Both the position numbers and the translations under genes were made by a program. The notes under the pieces are model-generated. The model ran no database searches. It saw only the letters and a program-made list of their open reading frames with translations, and was not told the DNA's origin. Shown here one piece after another: positions 23,919 to 36,817 of a DNA stretch of 64,000 nucleotides (position 1 is the first letter of the stretch; every line of letters starts with the position of its first letter). The DNA lies in contig CM059431.1 of the NCBI GenBank assembly GCA_030390025.1, positions 118,236,001 through 118,300,000 of the forward strand, written 5' to 3'. This DNA is from Squalus acanthias. Its lineage: Eukaryota.

Positions 23919-25459
23919 ATTGTTTCCTAGTTGGGAATAGTTTGTTGGGCACTGGTTGTTCTCCAGTATCTTTTCAAAATAGCCGTTCTTCATGTGTGAG
24001 GCTTGAAAATGACTGTGGATTGGTTATTTGACCCTGGAGGGCATCGCAGCCAAGCCAATCTTGTCATGACATGCTATTTCCAGCAGGAATGACCAGATAA
24101 GGATCAGGACCAGCTAATTTCACCCCTCTCTAGCCCAAGTGTGCGAGGCCAGGTGTAGTGTCTTTAGCACCATTCCAGCTGATAACAGCTAACTCAGCAC
24201 CGATCTTTGGTCGCACTGAGACCTTCTGAGTTTGTATGGCTCAGTTCTTTACTGGCTAAGCCATCTGTGCCCTTACTCTGAGTTTAAATGAGTGTTTACT
24301 TTTGGTCAATTTGTCCTTATAATTTCATTTAATATCCAGGTACCTCCTCTTCTGCTTCTCCCAGGCTTTCATAACAGTAGTATTTAAAGCAGGCATCACC
24401 ACTTACAATGCAACACTTATCTCTTTTGTCTGAGGCGTCACTAGTAGGTTCTGCAGACATTCATTCAGTCAGCGACCAGAGCAGGACAATCAGTAAGCAG
24501 AGCAGAGCTATGAAGAGTAAAATTTTAAAGAGATTTATCCATGTGCCACTAAGTAGTGTTTCCCTTTATTTTAGTTTGCTTGCATGTTTGTTCCAAGTAA
24601 AGAGTATTTTTTTTACATCAGCACTGAAGCACAGTACAGAACAGTAACACTACTCTTGGTTATGACTAGAAGACTCAGACTTCTATGTGCAAACACTGGA
24701 GTAGAGGCCAAGGGCATCAGGACAAATAAATCTTATAAGAACTTTTTAGTGATTTTAACGCATACCTAACGTGAGGACGGTGTCTCAATTAATGTGAGTG
24801 CTGTAAGGAAGTTGTAACAATGGCTCATGCTTTCCCACATGAGTTTAACAGGGTGGTATATCTTTAATACCACTGATTCAACAAAGCAATTAAGCCAATT
24901 ACTGAAGGATAAATCAATTAATTAATTTTAGCCAGTCAACAGTTATTGAAATGCAAGTAGCTGGACTTTCAGTCACACTCAGCCCAGGTCTTAATTTAAC
25001 ATTGGTCACTGGGAAAAGAATCCATTTTTTATTATCACACTCAGTTACAGGAATGGAAATAGATAATCTTGCTGTACTGGTGCAATAATTTAAGGCGGCA
25101 GTTACACGACCACTTTCACTCTGATGTGTAGTGGCTTTGTCTGTGGATCAATGTGAACGTGGCAGCATAACATAAAGTCAAGTCTAAGCCTGACCCTGGA
25201 AGGCACTAAACATAAAATAACTTCAACAGAGTGATAAGCTGAATTTAAAAAGTGCTCAGTGGTCTACTGGATCTCCTGGGCACTTTATAAACTTACTGCA
25301 GTTTTTTCAGTGTTCTGAGAAAGCGACCATCCTGCCCACTCTCTTAACATTAAAGAATAACTATCGGAAAAATAGATTTCCGTGCATGTATGTTTACATG
25401 TTTACTAAAAGCTTATATATTAGCTAACTCCACCTTCTTAATTTGCAATGCATATATTA

Positions 25460-26056
25460 TTATAAGAGCAGGGAGGTTATGATGGAGCTGTACAAAACGC
25501 TAGTTAGGCCACAGCTGGAATACTGTGTGCAGTTCTGGTCGCCACACTATAGGAAGGATGTGATTGGATTGGAGAGGGTGCAGAGGAGATTCACCAGGAT
25601 GTTATCTGGGCTGGAGCAATTCAGCTATGAAGAGAGACTGGACAGGCTGGGGTTGTTTTCCTTAGAGCAGAGAAGGCTGAGGGGGGACCAGATTGAGGTG
25701 TACAAAATTATGAGGGGCATAGATAGGGTAGATAGAGGGGAACTTTTCCCCTTGGTGGAGGGGTCAATAACCAAGGGGCGTAGTTCCAAGGTAAGGGGCA
25801 GGAGGTTTAGAGGGGATTTGAGGAAAAACTTTTTCACCCAGAGGGTGGTTGGAATCTGGAACTCACTGCCTGAAAAGGTGGTAGAGGCAGGAACCCTCAC
25901 AACATTCAAGAAGCATTTAGATGAGCACTTGAAACATAGCATACAAGGCTATGGACCAAGTGCTGGAAAATGGGATTAGAATAGACAGGGCTTGATGGCC
26001 GGCGCGGTGACGATGGGCCGAAGGGCCTCTTTCTGTGCTGAAAACTCTATGATTCT
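25460..26056 (+). mobile_element. CR1-type LINE 3' fragment
   Basis: ORF 25443-25979 (LYKTLVRPQLEYCVQFWSP...FFTQRVVGIWNSLP) followed by a 3' UTR ending CTCTATGATTCTA. Confidence 0.92.
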
Positions 26057-26057
26057 A

Positions 26058-26690
26058 GGGCAGAATTTTCATTGACCCGTGGAGGTGGGTTTAGAGGCGT
26101 GCGGGGGGTTAAAATTACGAAAACTGGTGGGCGGGCACAAGCCCGCCTCCACGCAATTTTCATTAAATTGTGTCTGCTGGTCCCGACTCCGTCCCGCCTC
26201 GAAGAGGCGGGATAGGCTGTTAAGGCCCTTAACAAGCACTAAATTGCCTCTATAATACCATTTTGAAAGGCCTTTGTGATTTTAACCCTTTTTTTACGTG
26301 AAGCACGCCTGTTCTGAACCACGAATGTGAAACCTGGCGGGAGCACATTTGGATAGCTGACTATCAGCTGCAGGTTCACTATTACAATGGAGTGGTGATA
26401 AAATATCTGGGAGCAGACTTAGGGCTGCTGCTGCTCATTTTGCCTCCAGGTCCTCTCACAGCAAAGGCCAGGCAGTCTTTGCAGACCTTGAAGGCAGCAG
26501 CAATGATGACATCATCAGAGGCGACTTTTAGACTGAAAACATAAATTGGGTCATGGGTTCCCACATGCTGGAACTCAATTGCCCAATTAGGTGAAAATCG
26601 CATCAATCTCCCACATCCAATTGCAGTCGGGTGGATAACACGAAAAGTGGATAACACGACCCAGCCCGCCCCAGTATCAAAATCCAGCCC
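26058..26690. mobile_element. Non-autonomous Harbinger-like MITE
   Basis: Ends GGGCAGAATTTT / AAAATCCAGCCC, flanked by CTA / TAA. Confidence 0.65.
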
Positions 26691-26817
26691 TAAGACTCTA
26701 TATAACTGCACCTGAAGACAAAGATTTGCCTTTATGCTCCAATGGTAACTATGTTATCAACGTAACAAATTCCGAAGTGCTTTACTACATTACAACAGTG
26801 ACTACACTTCAAATACC

Positions 26818-26818
<1 letters not shown>

Positions 26819-26867
<49 letters not shown>
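26819..26867. repeat. (TTTC)n microsatellite
   Basis: Direct reading of the sequence. Confidence 0.9.
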
Positions 26868-27011
26868 GTCAATGCGAGCAACATACTGGATTTAATATAA
26901 GTTAAAAATAATGGTAATGGAGAAAAAATCTCCAGGACCTGAAGGTTTCCACCCAAGGGTATTAAAGGAAATAGGTGAGGAAATTACAGACACATTAGTC
27001 ATAGAGTCATA

Positions 27012-27725
27012 GGGGGAGAAATTCAGTATCGCCCCATTTGGGGCGCAATTATCGGCCGGGCGCAAAGATTAGCACCTGGCACAAATTATCGCCTCCGACT
27101 GCAAACTTGACTTTTATCGCCCCTGGAGGTGATTGGGGCGCTAAATCAGGCGCTTTACACCTGTCTTAAGGCGCAAAGGCCGAGGAACGAGGCGCTACCT
27201 CAGAGTGCTGGCGAAGCTCATGTGATGTCAGTCAGCAATGGAACACACACACAATGGCGCCGGCCAGTTCTTAAAGGGGAGGGTTGATCTTGCTTTCCAT
27301 CCACATCCTGCTGCCTTGAATCGGCCTGGAGAGACCTGTACATCAAATCTGCAGGAAAGATCAATGGAGAGGCCCAGGGAAAGAGCTCAGAGTGCAGCCC
27401 CCATAGTCTCTTCAAAATCGATACAAGGAAGAGCAAATCAAAATGAACCTGCAAAGTATTGCTCAGTACCCAAAACTTCTTCACACAGCGTTGAATCTCT
27501 CGAGAAGTCTCTCTCTCTCTCTCAGACTGCGTGGTTCAAAAATGTCACCTACAATAAAAGGCAGGTAGCAGTCGCCTTTAAATAGCGCTCCCCCAGTCCC
27601 TTCCTGACTGCAAAACGCTTCCCTCAACCTGTCATTGCTAGCGGCAAGCGGTAAGGCAGGGGGCACCACTCAATATCCACTCCCCGGCACTATCGGGGCA
27701 TTGCGCACTCGACTGACATCATCAA
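27012..27725 (+). mobile_element. Internally deleted, 3'-truncated derivative of Harbinger H2
   Basis: Starts GGGGGAGAAATTC and follows the H2 left end to the Myb start (MERPRERA), then jumps to H2 right-arm sequence. Confidence 0.75.
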
Positions 27726-27810
27726 CTGACGAAGGAGCAGTGCTCCGAAAGCTTGTGATTTCAAATAAAGCTGTTGGACTATAACCTGGTGTTGTGCGAC
27801 TTCTCACATC
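27726..27810 (+). ncRNA. Minimal hammerhead ribozyme motif, probably a Penelope-like element terminal fragment
   Basis: CTGACGA - A GGAGC AGT GCTCC - GAAA GCTT, followed by AATAAA. Confidence 0.6.
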
Positions 27811-28360
27811 AGTTGTACAGAGAATTGGTCAGACCCCATCTGGAATACTGTTTACAGTTTTGAGCACCGAACCTCAGGACAGATGTATTAGCCTTGGTAG
27901 GGGCACAGCGCAGATTCACCAGAATAATACCAGGGTTTAAAGGGTTAAATTATGAGGACAGGTTGCATAATCTTGGCTTGCAGTCCCTTGAGTTTAGAAG
28001 CCGGAGGGGATGATCCAATTGAGGTATTTAAAATGCTAAATGGATTCAAAAGGGTAGATACAGAGAAAGTATCTTCTCTAGTGGGTAAGTCCAGAACAAG
28101 AGGCCATAATCTTAAAGTTAGAGTCAGGCTAATTAGGAGTGACAGCAGGATACACTTTTTCACACAAAGTACAAAACATAGTGGAAATCTGGAACTCTGT
28201 CCCCATAAACACTGTGGATGCTGGGTCAGTTGAAATTTTCAATACTGAGATCGATAGATTTTTGTTGGATAAGGATATCAAAGATTATGGAACAAAGGTC
28301 CAGATCAATCATGATCTAACTGACTCAAGGGGCTAAATATCCTACTCCTGTTCCCATGCT
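27811..28360 (+). mobile_element. Degenerate CR1-type LINE 3' fragment
   Basis: Translates to IEVFKMLNGF..TRGHNLK..FFTQ and WNSVP, followed by a CR1-like 3' UTR. Confidence 0.8.
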
Positions 28361-28410
28361 GCTAGAAATATATGCTGAGGGAATTTTATTGGGAAGTCAC
28401 CCCATAAATC

Positions 28411-30122
28411 TGTAAGGGTTTCTCTGAACCTGTGAGATTTGTGTGGCTCTGTGCAGCCTGGATGCTAGTGCGGGTTTAGGCCTTGTTGCCTGTTCTGGTC
28501 TCCAGCCAGTCTGGGAGCACTAGACACTTGTGAGTGGTTCGACCCACTCGCCCTTACGGTTCTGACACTGGACTTAGATGCGAGAGCAGTAATGGAGAGA
28601 AAACTCAGGTAGACCCGGTTGAATGGTATGAAATGGAAAATCTTTATTGCATATTATTCAAGATTGCGAAATACATGTCATAAGCACAGATTAATGACAG
28701 TACAATCTTACACGCAGTTATGTAACTAATTTCAGGGAAACGAGGAACGAACGACACATCGTAAATGGGGGCACACATTACAGTTATCCTTAAAACTTAA
28801 ACCCTCCCCTATCAATACCTGCTCTAAGCTAGATTTGTAGGATCGAGACTCATGCTCACCACTCGTGATAACTCGGAGAATTCCGAAAACTCTGATCGGA
28901 TGTTTTTCACCGCAGCACCTGATCACCCATGTGTTGGTCAGGGGTCTCTGTACCCCACTTGTTTACTCGTTTCTGCTCCGGCTAGCAGGCTGGACCGTCT
29001 GCTGTCATGAAGATCTGTGTTGTCCTCGGAGTTCCGACTCTACTCAAAAAAAAGTCTTCCTGTGCCCTTGCACTGATGCGATAAAATTCGAAGAATAGTC
29101 TTCCTGCCAGTTCTGTAAAATTCAAAGAAGGTCTTCCTGGGCAAGAAAAGTGTCTATTCGACCTACAGGTGCGGTCGGAGCTTACTGACCGTGGCGATAC
29201 GTATGGTCTTCTTCTCTTCTCATCTCATCTCATCTCATCTCATCTCATCTCATCTCGGGCCTTCGGTTCCAACACCGTTTACCGACTTCTCGGGATGGTG
29301 CGCCCGTTTCAAGGCTTCACAGCCCGGTTCCACACAGATCTTCGCGGCAAGCCACGAGGCAGATCCTGGCGGATCGTAAAGTTCAACAGTCTTTCAAGCT
29401 GCAAGAGGCAGAGACACGAGGCAAGCGGCAAGAGGCAGGAGAATAAGAGCACAAGAGCAGCCACGAGGATAAGAGCCAAACGAATAAGAGAAAGATGGAC
29501 GGTTGGAGCTTGCAGTTATAGTGCAAAACTCTTCCTTTTCCCGCCCAACCTTAATGTCTTTTCTTTTGTTAGGGTTTTGGCGCTCAAATTTCTTGTATAG
29601 GGTGATCTCCGTTTTAATGGGTTTCGGGGATACTCGTAACTGTCTGAGTACCTGTTAATATTTCTCCCATTGTGTAATCGGTCGGTATTCTCCCTGGAGG
29701 GGTTTTGGGGCTTCCAAATGTTTTCTGTAACTACCCGCTAACGGCTCTCTCATCGTAGAGTCGTTGGGATTTTGCATATTAATGTCTTTGGATGGGTTCT
29801 TGATTGCTTGGTACAATAGCCCTTATTCGCACCTGGGAGACCGATTTCAGTATTTATGTGTATACTGCAAACCCATGATGTCTCGTGTATTATCTTAAAT
29901 GTGCTTAGTCTTGATCGATCTTGCACAAATGTTTATTGGAACGCCATCTTGTCTGCTTGTCGAAAAGTCTAGAATGTTCTGCCACGAGGCGTGGCGGCCA
30001 TTTTACAGGCTGCTTGTGTCCACTTTGAAAACCTGACAGCATTCTGCTGAAATAAAGCTGTTTGAACGAAACTATGTGTTTTCTCCTTATTTATAAAATC
30101 GCGATATATTGCGAATTCTACA
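28411..30122 (-). mobile_element. Solo LTR of the B/C provirus family
   Basis: Full-length match to the B/C LTRs with TG...CA ends. TSD AATC / AATT (one mismatch). Confidence 0.92.
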
Positions 30123-31722
30123 AATTGGACAGCATTTGGTAAATTAATCTTCTTATTTTGTAATAATATTTGTTCTTCACCTGAAGCTCCCCAATGTACA
30201 TTTAGCATAGAGAGGACTTGGCTGTGAGGCATTGCATCAGTGCTTGCTGAAATGGCCTCAACGCATTGACACTACATCTTGGTCAATATTGTTCCTCTAT
30301 TATACTCAGTGACCCTTGCATTTCACCAGTTTATGCATCAGCAGAGTCACCATATATTTTGAAAAGGACTCCACCAATGTACAGCATCCTTCATCAAATG
30401 GACTTCAGTGCGAGAGTTATGTCCCTAATATTTTATCAGCTGCCTTTCTTTATAGGGCAATGGAAACGTGAACAAATGTTGGAGACAACATCCATATGTG
30501 TTAAAACCTGCTCCGTGACTCTCAAGGGTATTAAACACCTTCAAATTGAGCTTGAAGGCAAAACAGTGCAGGCAGTCATAACCCATTTAAAAGCCTCTGA
30601 TCAACCATGGAATTGGATGGCCACTGACTTTCAGATTGTGAGAGCAATCCAAAGCAGTTCGAACCAAAGTTTAAGAATGCTGGAGGTTCCTACTAGATAT
30701 ACCACAGATGGTATCGCATGAACGTAATAATTGCTTCGACTACTCAGATGATGTGGAAACTGAATAAATATGTACTGAAATGAAATATCTACAAGCTTTT
30801 TTGCAGGATGGAAAATGAAACGTGAAAATTTAAACAGTGTGAACACTGTGCATGTTAGCAGCACAGTACTGGGCTTAATAGTTAAAACACATGCTGAAAG
30901 CATTGAGTGTAAATAAACTTACAGAGGAACATCTACAGTAAACCTCACCGTACTTCAACTTAATTCAGTAACGCTCCTTGGGGATAATTTTAACTTGTGA
31001 TGATAGTGTAAACTGGTCGGTATCGGAATGGCCACCCGTTATGCACCTTCCCAATGCTCATTCCCCGCCCCCCCCACACTTCCCGTTTACCTGCCCCTCC
31101 CTCTCTGGACTTATCTGCGAGCATCCTAACTGGCTGAAATTCAAAGAGCCCATTCCAGCGAGCTGCCCGATTGGTGACCGCAGCTCGCCGGATTTATTGC
31201 AATAAGGCCTGAGGATGAACTGAGGACGTTTTTCAGGGGCCTCTCTCCTCTCCCCCACGAGTCTAGCATGCCGACCATTTTGCACTATCGCTGCATTATC
31301 GGTGCTGTCAAATCTAGGCACCTTAATTCCAGTTACATTCCATTTTGAAATAACAGATAAGAAATTCATATATTTGATTTTTTGAATTTTATAAAGATAC
31401 ATTTAAAAATTTGGGGAAATATAAATCATTTTCTTTTATAATTAAAAACTGAATGATGAATAACTTACATCATAATTGTAGAATTTAGAGCACAGGAAGA
31501 GGCCAACTGGTTGATCCCGCCTGTGCTAGTGCTGCTACATTGGAGTTCTCTACTCTAATTGCATTTCCCTGCTGTAAAATGGTAGAAGTTATGCCCCTAA
31601 GTTTGTTGTTTTAAAAGATTTAAGGCGCAAAATTTGGTAGCGCCTGTTGGAGCTGCAGCTGCTCATTATCAGCACTGCCGCACTTGAGTGCGAGCTCTCA
31701 GCTACTGAGACAGCTCTGTGCC

Positions 31723-33665
31723 ATGGCTGCTGCAAGGGAGAGGGCTACTCGATTCAACGATGTGGAATTGGAGACATTGGTGGGGGCAGTGGAGAGAAGG
31801 AGGGAATCGCTGTTCCCTTCATTTGGCAGGAGCCCATCGCCACAGATACTCAGGGCCATCTGACGAGAAGTGGACGAGGAGGTGTTGGCCAGCACTGCCA
31901 TACGCCGAACCCTTACACAGTGCCGGAAGAAATTCAACGACCTCAGTCGGGTGGTGAAGGTGAGTACATGCTTGCAGACCTCCTACATACCAGCCTCTGA
32001 ACCTCTGTCTGTGCACACTGTGCAAAGCACCACTTCCCCACCACTCAACCACCAAGCATCTGCATCTTCTCAAACTCACATCCTCATCTCACCCCTTGTC
32101 TACATTCAAAGCTATTCAACCACAGCAGGCATATCTTCCACAGACATAGCTGGCCTGTCACTCACAAAAGTTCCTTTCTTTTGCAGCCCAAAATGGCACA
32201 TAATACGATGGAACAATAGCGGACTGGAGGGGGGAACCTCAACTGCGAGACCTCTCTAACCTTGAGGAGCGACTGCTGAGGCTCATTGGCCCGCAGGTGG
32301 TGGACGCCCTGGCCGGCGGAGACGCCAACCCAGCTGGGGACAACAATGGTATCTTTATCCCCTCTCCTTTTCTCATCCCACTTCCCCGTCAAAGCAGAAG
32401 CATTTATTACTTTCCACCTCCTGATACTGTCTGCCTTCCTTGCTCCATACCTGGCCCCTGCCCTCACCTTAATGCAAGTCTTGTGCCATTTATTCTTTTT
32501 GATAATCTCCCAGCAGATGTGGAGCCTGTACCTGAGCCCCCCCGCCCCACCCAACACACTCAGGAGGGAGAGGAAGAGGAGGAGAAGGAGGAGGAGCCAA
32601 GCACTGCACCACTGCATTTCTCACCCGCAGGCACCAGCTCAGAGACTGGCACTACGCATGCCTTAGAGGTTAGCTTAGCACAGGGGTCTGCACTGGGTGA
32701 TGCACTGGGGTCTAGCGGGCTGCAGCAAGGTCAGGGGGAAAGGGAACCTCGGGAGCCATCTCCCCGGAGGGAGAGTTTGGCCGCAAGTTCTGTTGCACAC
32801 GACTCAGATGAGGACCTCAATGGGGAGGCCTTTAGAAGAATGGTGATGGCCAAGCACACCAAGATGATAGGTGCAATGGCAAGGGTGCCCGAAAGCCTCT
32901 TAGCAGTGGTAAGGAGTGTGGAGGAGTCCGCCTCCAGCATTGCACCGAGCTCTGGGCACACCATGGAGCCTATCATTGCCAGTCTGCAGACGATGGTGGA
33001 CTCCCAGGGAGACCGTGGCGACCCAGACCTCATGACACGTGTCGTGGATGATGTGGCAGCTTCCATTATAACACAGGCGGAAGCAATGCAACAATGCAGA
33101 CAATGGTAGGTGGCATTGAAGCTGAGACTGCTCTCATCCAGTCTCAGCTGCATGCCACGCAACGTCTTGGTGCTGTCATGTAGTCTCAGCTTGATGCCAC
33201 GCGCACTCTGACTGCTGCCATCACCGCTGGGTCCATCTCAGTCCACCGGGGATCTCACGGTGTCCCAGCAGCCCCACAATCTGTGCTGCAGCAGATTGGT
33301 GGGGATGCTGAGGTGCTGCCCCGGGGCAGTGTCAGTGGGTCAGTGGAGCAGGAACCTTCTGTCCTCTCTCAGGATGACAGCATTCTGATCCCACCACTGC
33401 CACTCCGCCCTTGCACTTGTTGCTGCCTGTCATCCAGCCAGCCCAGACTGCCGCCACCCAGCCTGAGATGGTGCAGTCTACAGCCAGGCCTTCCAGGCCC
33501 AGAGCTGGTCGAGGGCGTCCTGCAAGGCCATCTGAAGTCTCTAGCCCTCGCACACAGCAGCCTTCCACCAGCCGTGCTGCAGCCACAGGGGACACACAGC
33601 AGAGGAGCACTAGAATAGTTAAGCCAAAGAGGGGGCTTAAGGAAATGCACAAGGGTGATTCTTAA
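31723..33665 (+). pseudogene. Harbinger Myb/SANT-like DNA-binding protein gene (spliced, disrupted), H1
   Basis: MAAARERATRFNDVELETLVGAVERRRESLFP..QCRKKFNDL. GT donor at 31960, acceptor at 32186, then KMAHN..RTGGG. Stops at 31861 and in exon 2. Confidence 0.8.
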
Positions 33666-33849
33666 ATAATTTTTTTGTTTATTATGCAATCAAACATTAT
33701 AATATAAATTGAAATTGGAAAGCTAAATGTTTACTGTTGTGTTTTGTGTAACTTATGGGGCTTGGTTAGGGAAGGCCATATTGATGTGGTCTTGGGGAAG
33801 TCCAGAGGAACATAGCAGTGGGATGGCATTCAATTGACCTGAGCTGCTA

Positions 33850-34980
33850 TGAGACGTTGCGGACTGCCCTTGCAGAATCCCTATTGACTGGATGCCTCCT
33901 CCGTCGCTGCTGTTGCTGCTGCTGCTGCTCCTCCTTGTCCTCCTCCAGGTTATCCTCCTGCTCTTGCTCCTCCTCCTCCTCCTCTTCCTCCTCATCCTCC
34001 TCATCCTGAGGTGGTGCATCTATGCCTGGTGCCAATGGCTGTGCCTTCATAATAGCGAGGTTGTGCAGCATGCAGCAGACGACAACAAATAAGGAGACCT
34101 GATGAAGAGAGTACTGGAGGACTCCTCCCCATTGGTCAAGGCAACAGAACCGTTGTTTCAGCACTCCTATCGCCTGCTCAATCACGCTCCTGGTGGCGGC
34201 ATGACTATCATTGTAGGAGTGCTGGGCAGGAGTGTTTGGATTGTGTCGGGGAGTCATCAGACAGGTGGAGAGCGGATAGCCCTTGTCACCGAGCAGCCAC
34301 CCGCGAGCCTGATGTGTGGCTGAAAAAGATCTGGTGTAAGATAAAAGCATCGTGGCTACCTCCAGGATATCGGGCATTGACAGTTCGGAATCTCCCTGTG
34401 TGGTCATACACCAAATGAACATCCAGCAAGTGGTAGCCTTTTCGGTTGCAGAGTATCTCCGGATTGTTCTGAGGTGCCCGCAAGGTGATGTGGGTGCTGT
34501 CAATGGCACCCTGCACCATTGGGAAGCCCGCTATCCTGACAAATCCGCATGCACGCTCGTGCTGCTTCTCTCTGGTCATAGGGAAGGAAATGTATCCCCT
34601 TCTCCATCGATACAGTGCATCCGTGACATCTCGGATGGAGCGATGCACGGCATACTGGGAGACGTTGGAGATGACTGCTGTTGCATTTTGGAATGAACCA
34701 TTGGCGTAGAAGTTGAGCGCGATGGTCACCTTCGCTGCCACTGAGAGAGCCGTCGTCACCCTGGTCTGAGGCTCGAGGTCTGGCTGGAGGAGGTGGCAGA
34801 GCTCTGTTACCACCTCCTTGCTGAAGCGCAGCCTTTGCAGACACTGCTCCTCAGTGAAATGGAGGTACGAGAACTGCTGCTGCAATATCCTGGGAGAGTA
34901 AGGTCTCCTGTTGCCAGCCCTGTTAAGCCTTCTCCCTCTGGCCACATGTTGCTGTCTTTCTCCAGGCCTCTCTCCCTGCA
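33850..34980 (-). pseudogene. HARBI1-like DDE transposase (frameshifted), H1
   Basis: Motifs GAIDSTH, YPGGSHDAFIL, LLGDKGY and RSVIEQAIGVLKQRF, spread over two frames. Confidence 0.9.
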
Positions 34981-34981
34981 T

Positions 34982-35089
34982 ATTACATAGGTTTACATAG
35001 GATATACAGCACAGAAACAGTCCATTCGGCCCAACCAGTCCATGCCGGCATTTACGCTCCACATGAGCCTCCTCCTGTCTTTCCTCATG
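34982..35089 (-). mobile_element. CR1-type 3' end inserted in the H1 transposase; continues at 58431-~58515
   Basis: CATAGG-type tail. The sequence is continuous across provirus B via TSD CATG. Confidence 0.75.
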
Positions 35090-35091
35090 AC

Positions 35092-36773
35092 TGTAGAATT
35101 CGCAAAATTATCACGATTTTATAAATAAGAAGGAGACATATAGTTTCGTACAAACAGCTTTATTTCAGCAGAATGCTGTCAGGTTTTCAAAGTGGACACA
35201 AACAGCCTGTAAAATGGCCGCCACGCCTCGTGGCAGAACGTTCTAGACTTTCAATGAGCAGACAAGATGGCGTTCCAATAAACATTTATGCGAGATCGTA
35301 CAAGACTCAGCACATTTGAGATAATTGACAAGACATAATGGGTTTGCATTTTATACATAAATACTGGAATAAGTCTCCCAGGTGCGAATAAGGGCTATTG
35401 TACCGAGCGATCAAGAACCCATCCAAAGACATTAATATGCAAAATCCCCACGACTCTACGATGAGAGAGCCGTTTGCGGGTAGTTACAGAAAACATTTGG
35501 AAGCCCCAAAACCCCTCCAGGGAGAATACTGGCCGGTTACACAATGGGAGAAATATTAACGGGTACTCAGACAGTTACAAGTATCACCGAAACCCATTAA
35601 ACGGAGATCACCCTATACAAGAAGTTTGAGCGCCAAAACCCTGACAAAAGAAAGACATTAAGATTGGGCGGGAAAAGAGGAATTACAGCACTATAACTGT
35701 AAGGTAGAACCGTCCATCTGTCTCTTGCCTCTTGACTCTTGCCTCTTGACTCTTGCCTCTTGACTCTTGCTCTTGCCGCCTGACTCCTTGCCGCTTGCCT
35801 CGTGCCTCTGCCTCTTGCTGTTTGACTTGCTGGAAGACTATTGAACTTTCTGATCCGCCAGGATCAACCTCGTGGCTTGCCGCGAAGATCTGTGAAGAAC
35901 TGGGCTGTGAAGCCTTGAAGTGGGCACACCATCCCGAGAAGTCGGTAAACGGTGTTGGAACCGAAGGCCCGAGATGAGATGAGATGAGATGAGATGAGAT
36001 GAGATGAGATGAGAAGAGAAGAAGACGACAATACGTATCGCCACGGTCAGTAAGCCCCGACCGCGCCTATAAGTCGAATAAACACTTCCTTGCCCAGGAA
36101 GACCATTCTTTGAGTTTTACAAACTGGTGAGGGCACAGGAAGACTATTTTTTTGAGTCGTGTCGGAACTCCGAGGACAACACAGATCTTCATGACAGCAG
36201 ACGGTCCAGCCTGCTAGCCGGAGCAGAGACGAGTAAACAAGTGGGGTACAGAGACCCCTGATCAACACGTGGGTGGTCAGGTGCTGCAGGAAAAACATCC
36301 GAGCAGAGTTTCGGAATTCTCCGAGTTATCACGAGTGGTGAGCATGAGTCTCGATCCTACAAATCTAGTTTAGGACAGGTATTGATAGGGGAGGGTTTGA
36401 GTTTTAAGGATAATTGTAATGTGTGCCCCCTTTTTCGATGTGTCGTGCGCTCCTCGTTTCCCTAAAATTAGTTACATAACTGCGTGTAAGATTGTACTGT
36501 CATTAATCTGTGCTTATGACATGTATTTCGTAATCTTGAATAATATGCAATAAAGAATTTCCATTTTGCACTATTCAACCGGGTCTACCTGAGTTTTCTC
36601 TGCATTATTGCTCTCGCACCTAAGTCCAGTGTCAGAACCATAAGGGCGAGTGGGTCGAACCACTCACAGGTGTCTAGTGTTACCAGGCTGGCTGGAGACC
36701 AGAACAGGCAACAGGGCCTAACCTCGCACTAGCACCCAGGCTAAGCACAGAGCCACAGGTCTCACCCCTTACA
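35092..36773 (+). repeat. 5' LTR of provirus B
   Basis: TGTAG...CTTACA. TATAA at 35692, AATAAA at 36549, with internal (CTCTTGM)n and (GAGAT)n tracts. Confidence 0.93.
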
Positions 36774-36778
36774 GAAAA

Positions 36779-36796
36779 TGGCGACCGCGGCAGGAC
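36779..36796 (+). promoter_or_regulatory. Primer binding site, tRNA-Arg(TCG)-like (provirus B)
   Basis: TGGCGACCGCGGCAGGAC, separated from the LTR end by the 5-nt spacer GAAAA. Confidence 0.85.
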
Positions 36797-36817
36797 ACTG
36801 GCAGCGAAAAAAAAAAT

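Noticed and set aside
30266..30903. 151-aa ORF as a host exon or gene
   Set aside because: TTG start, no recognisable motif and no supporting splice pattern.
33753..34092. Poly-R/S/L/C ORFs
   Set aside because: Alternative-frame readings of the GAG/CAG-rich acidic tail of the H1 transposase.
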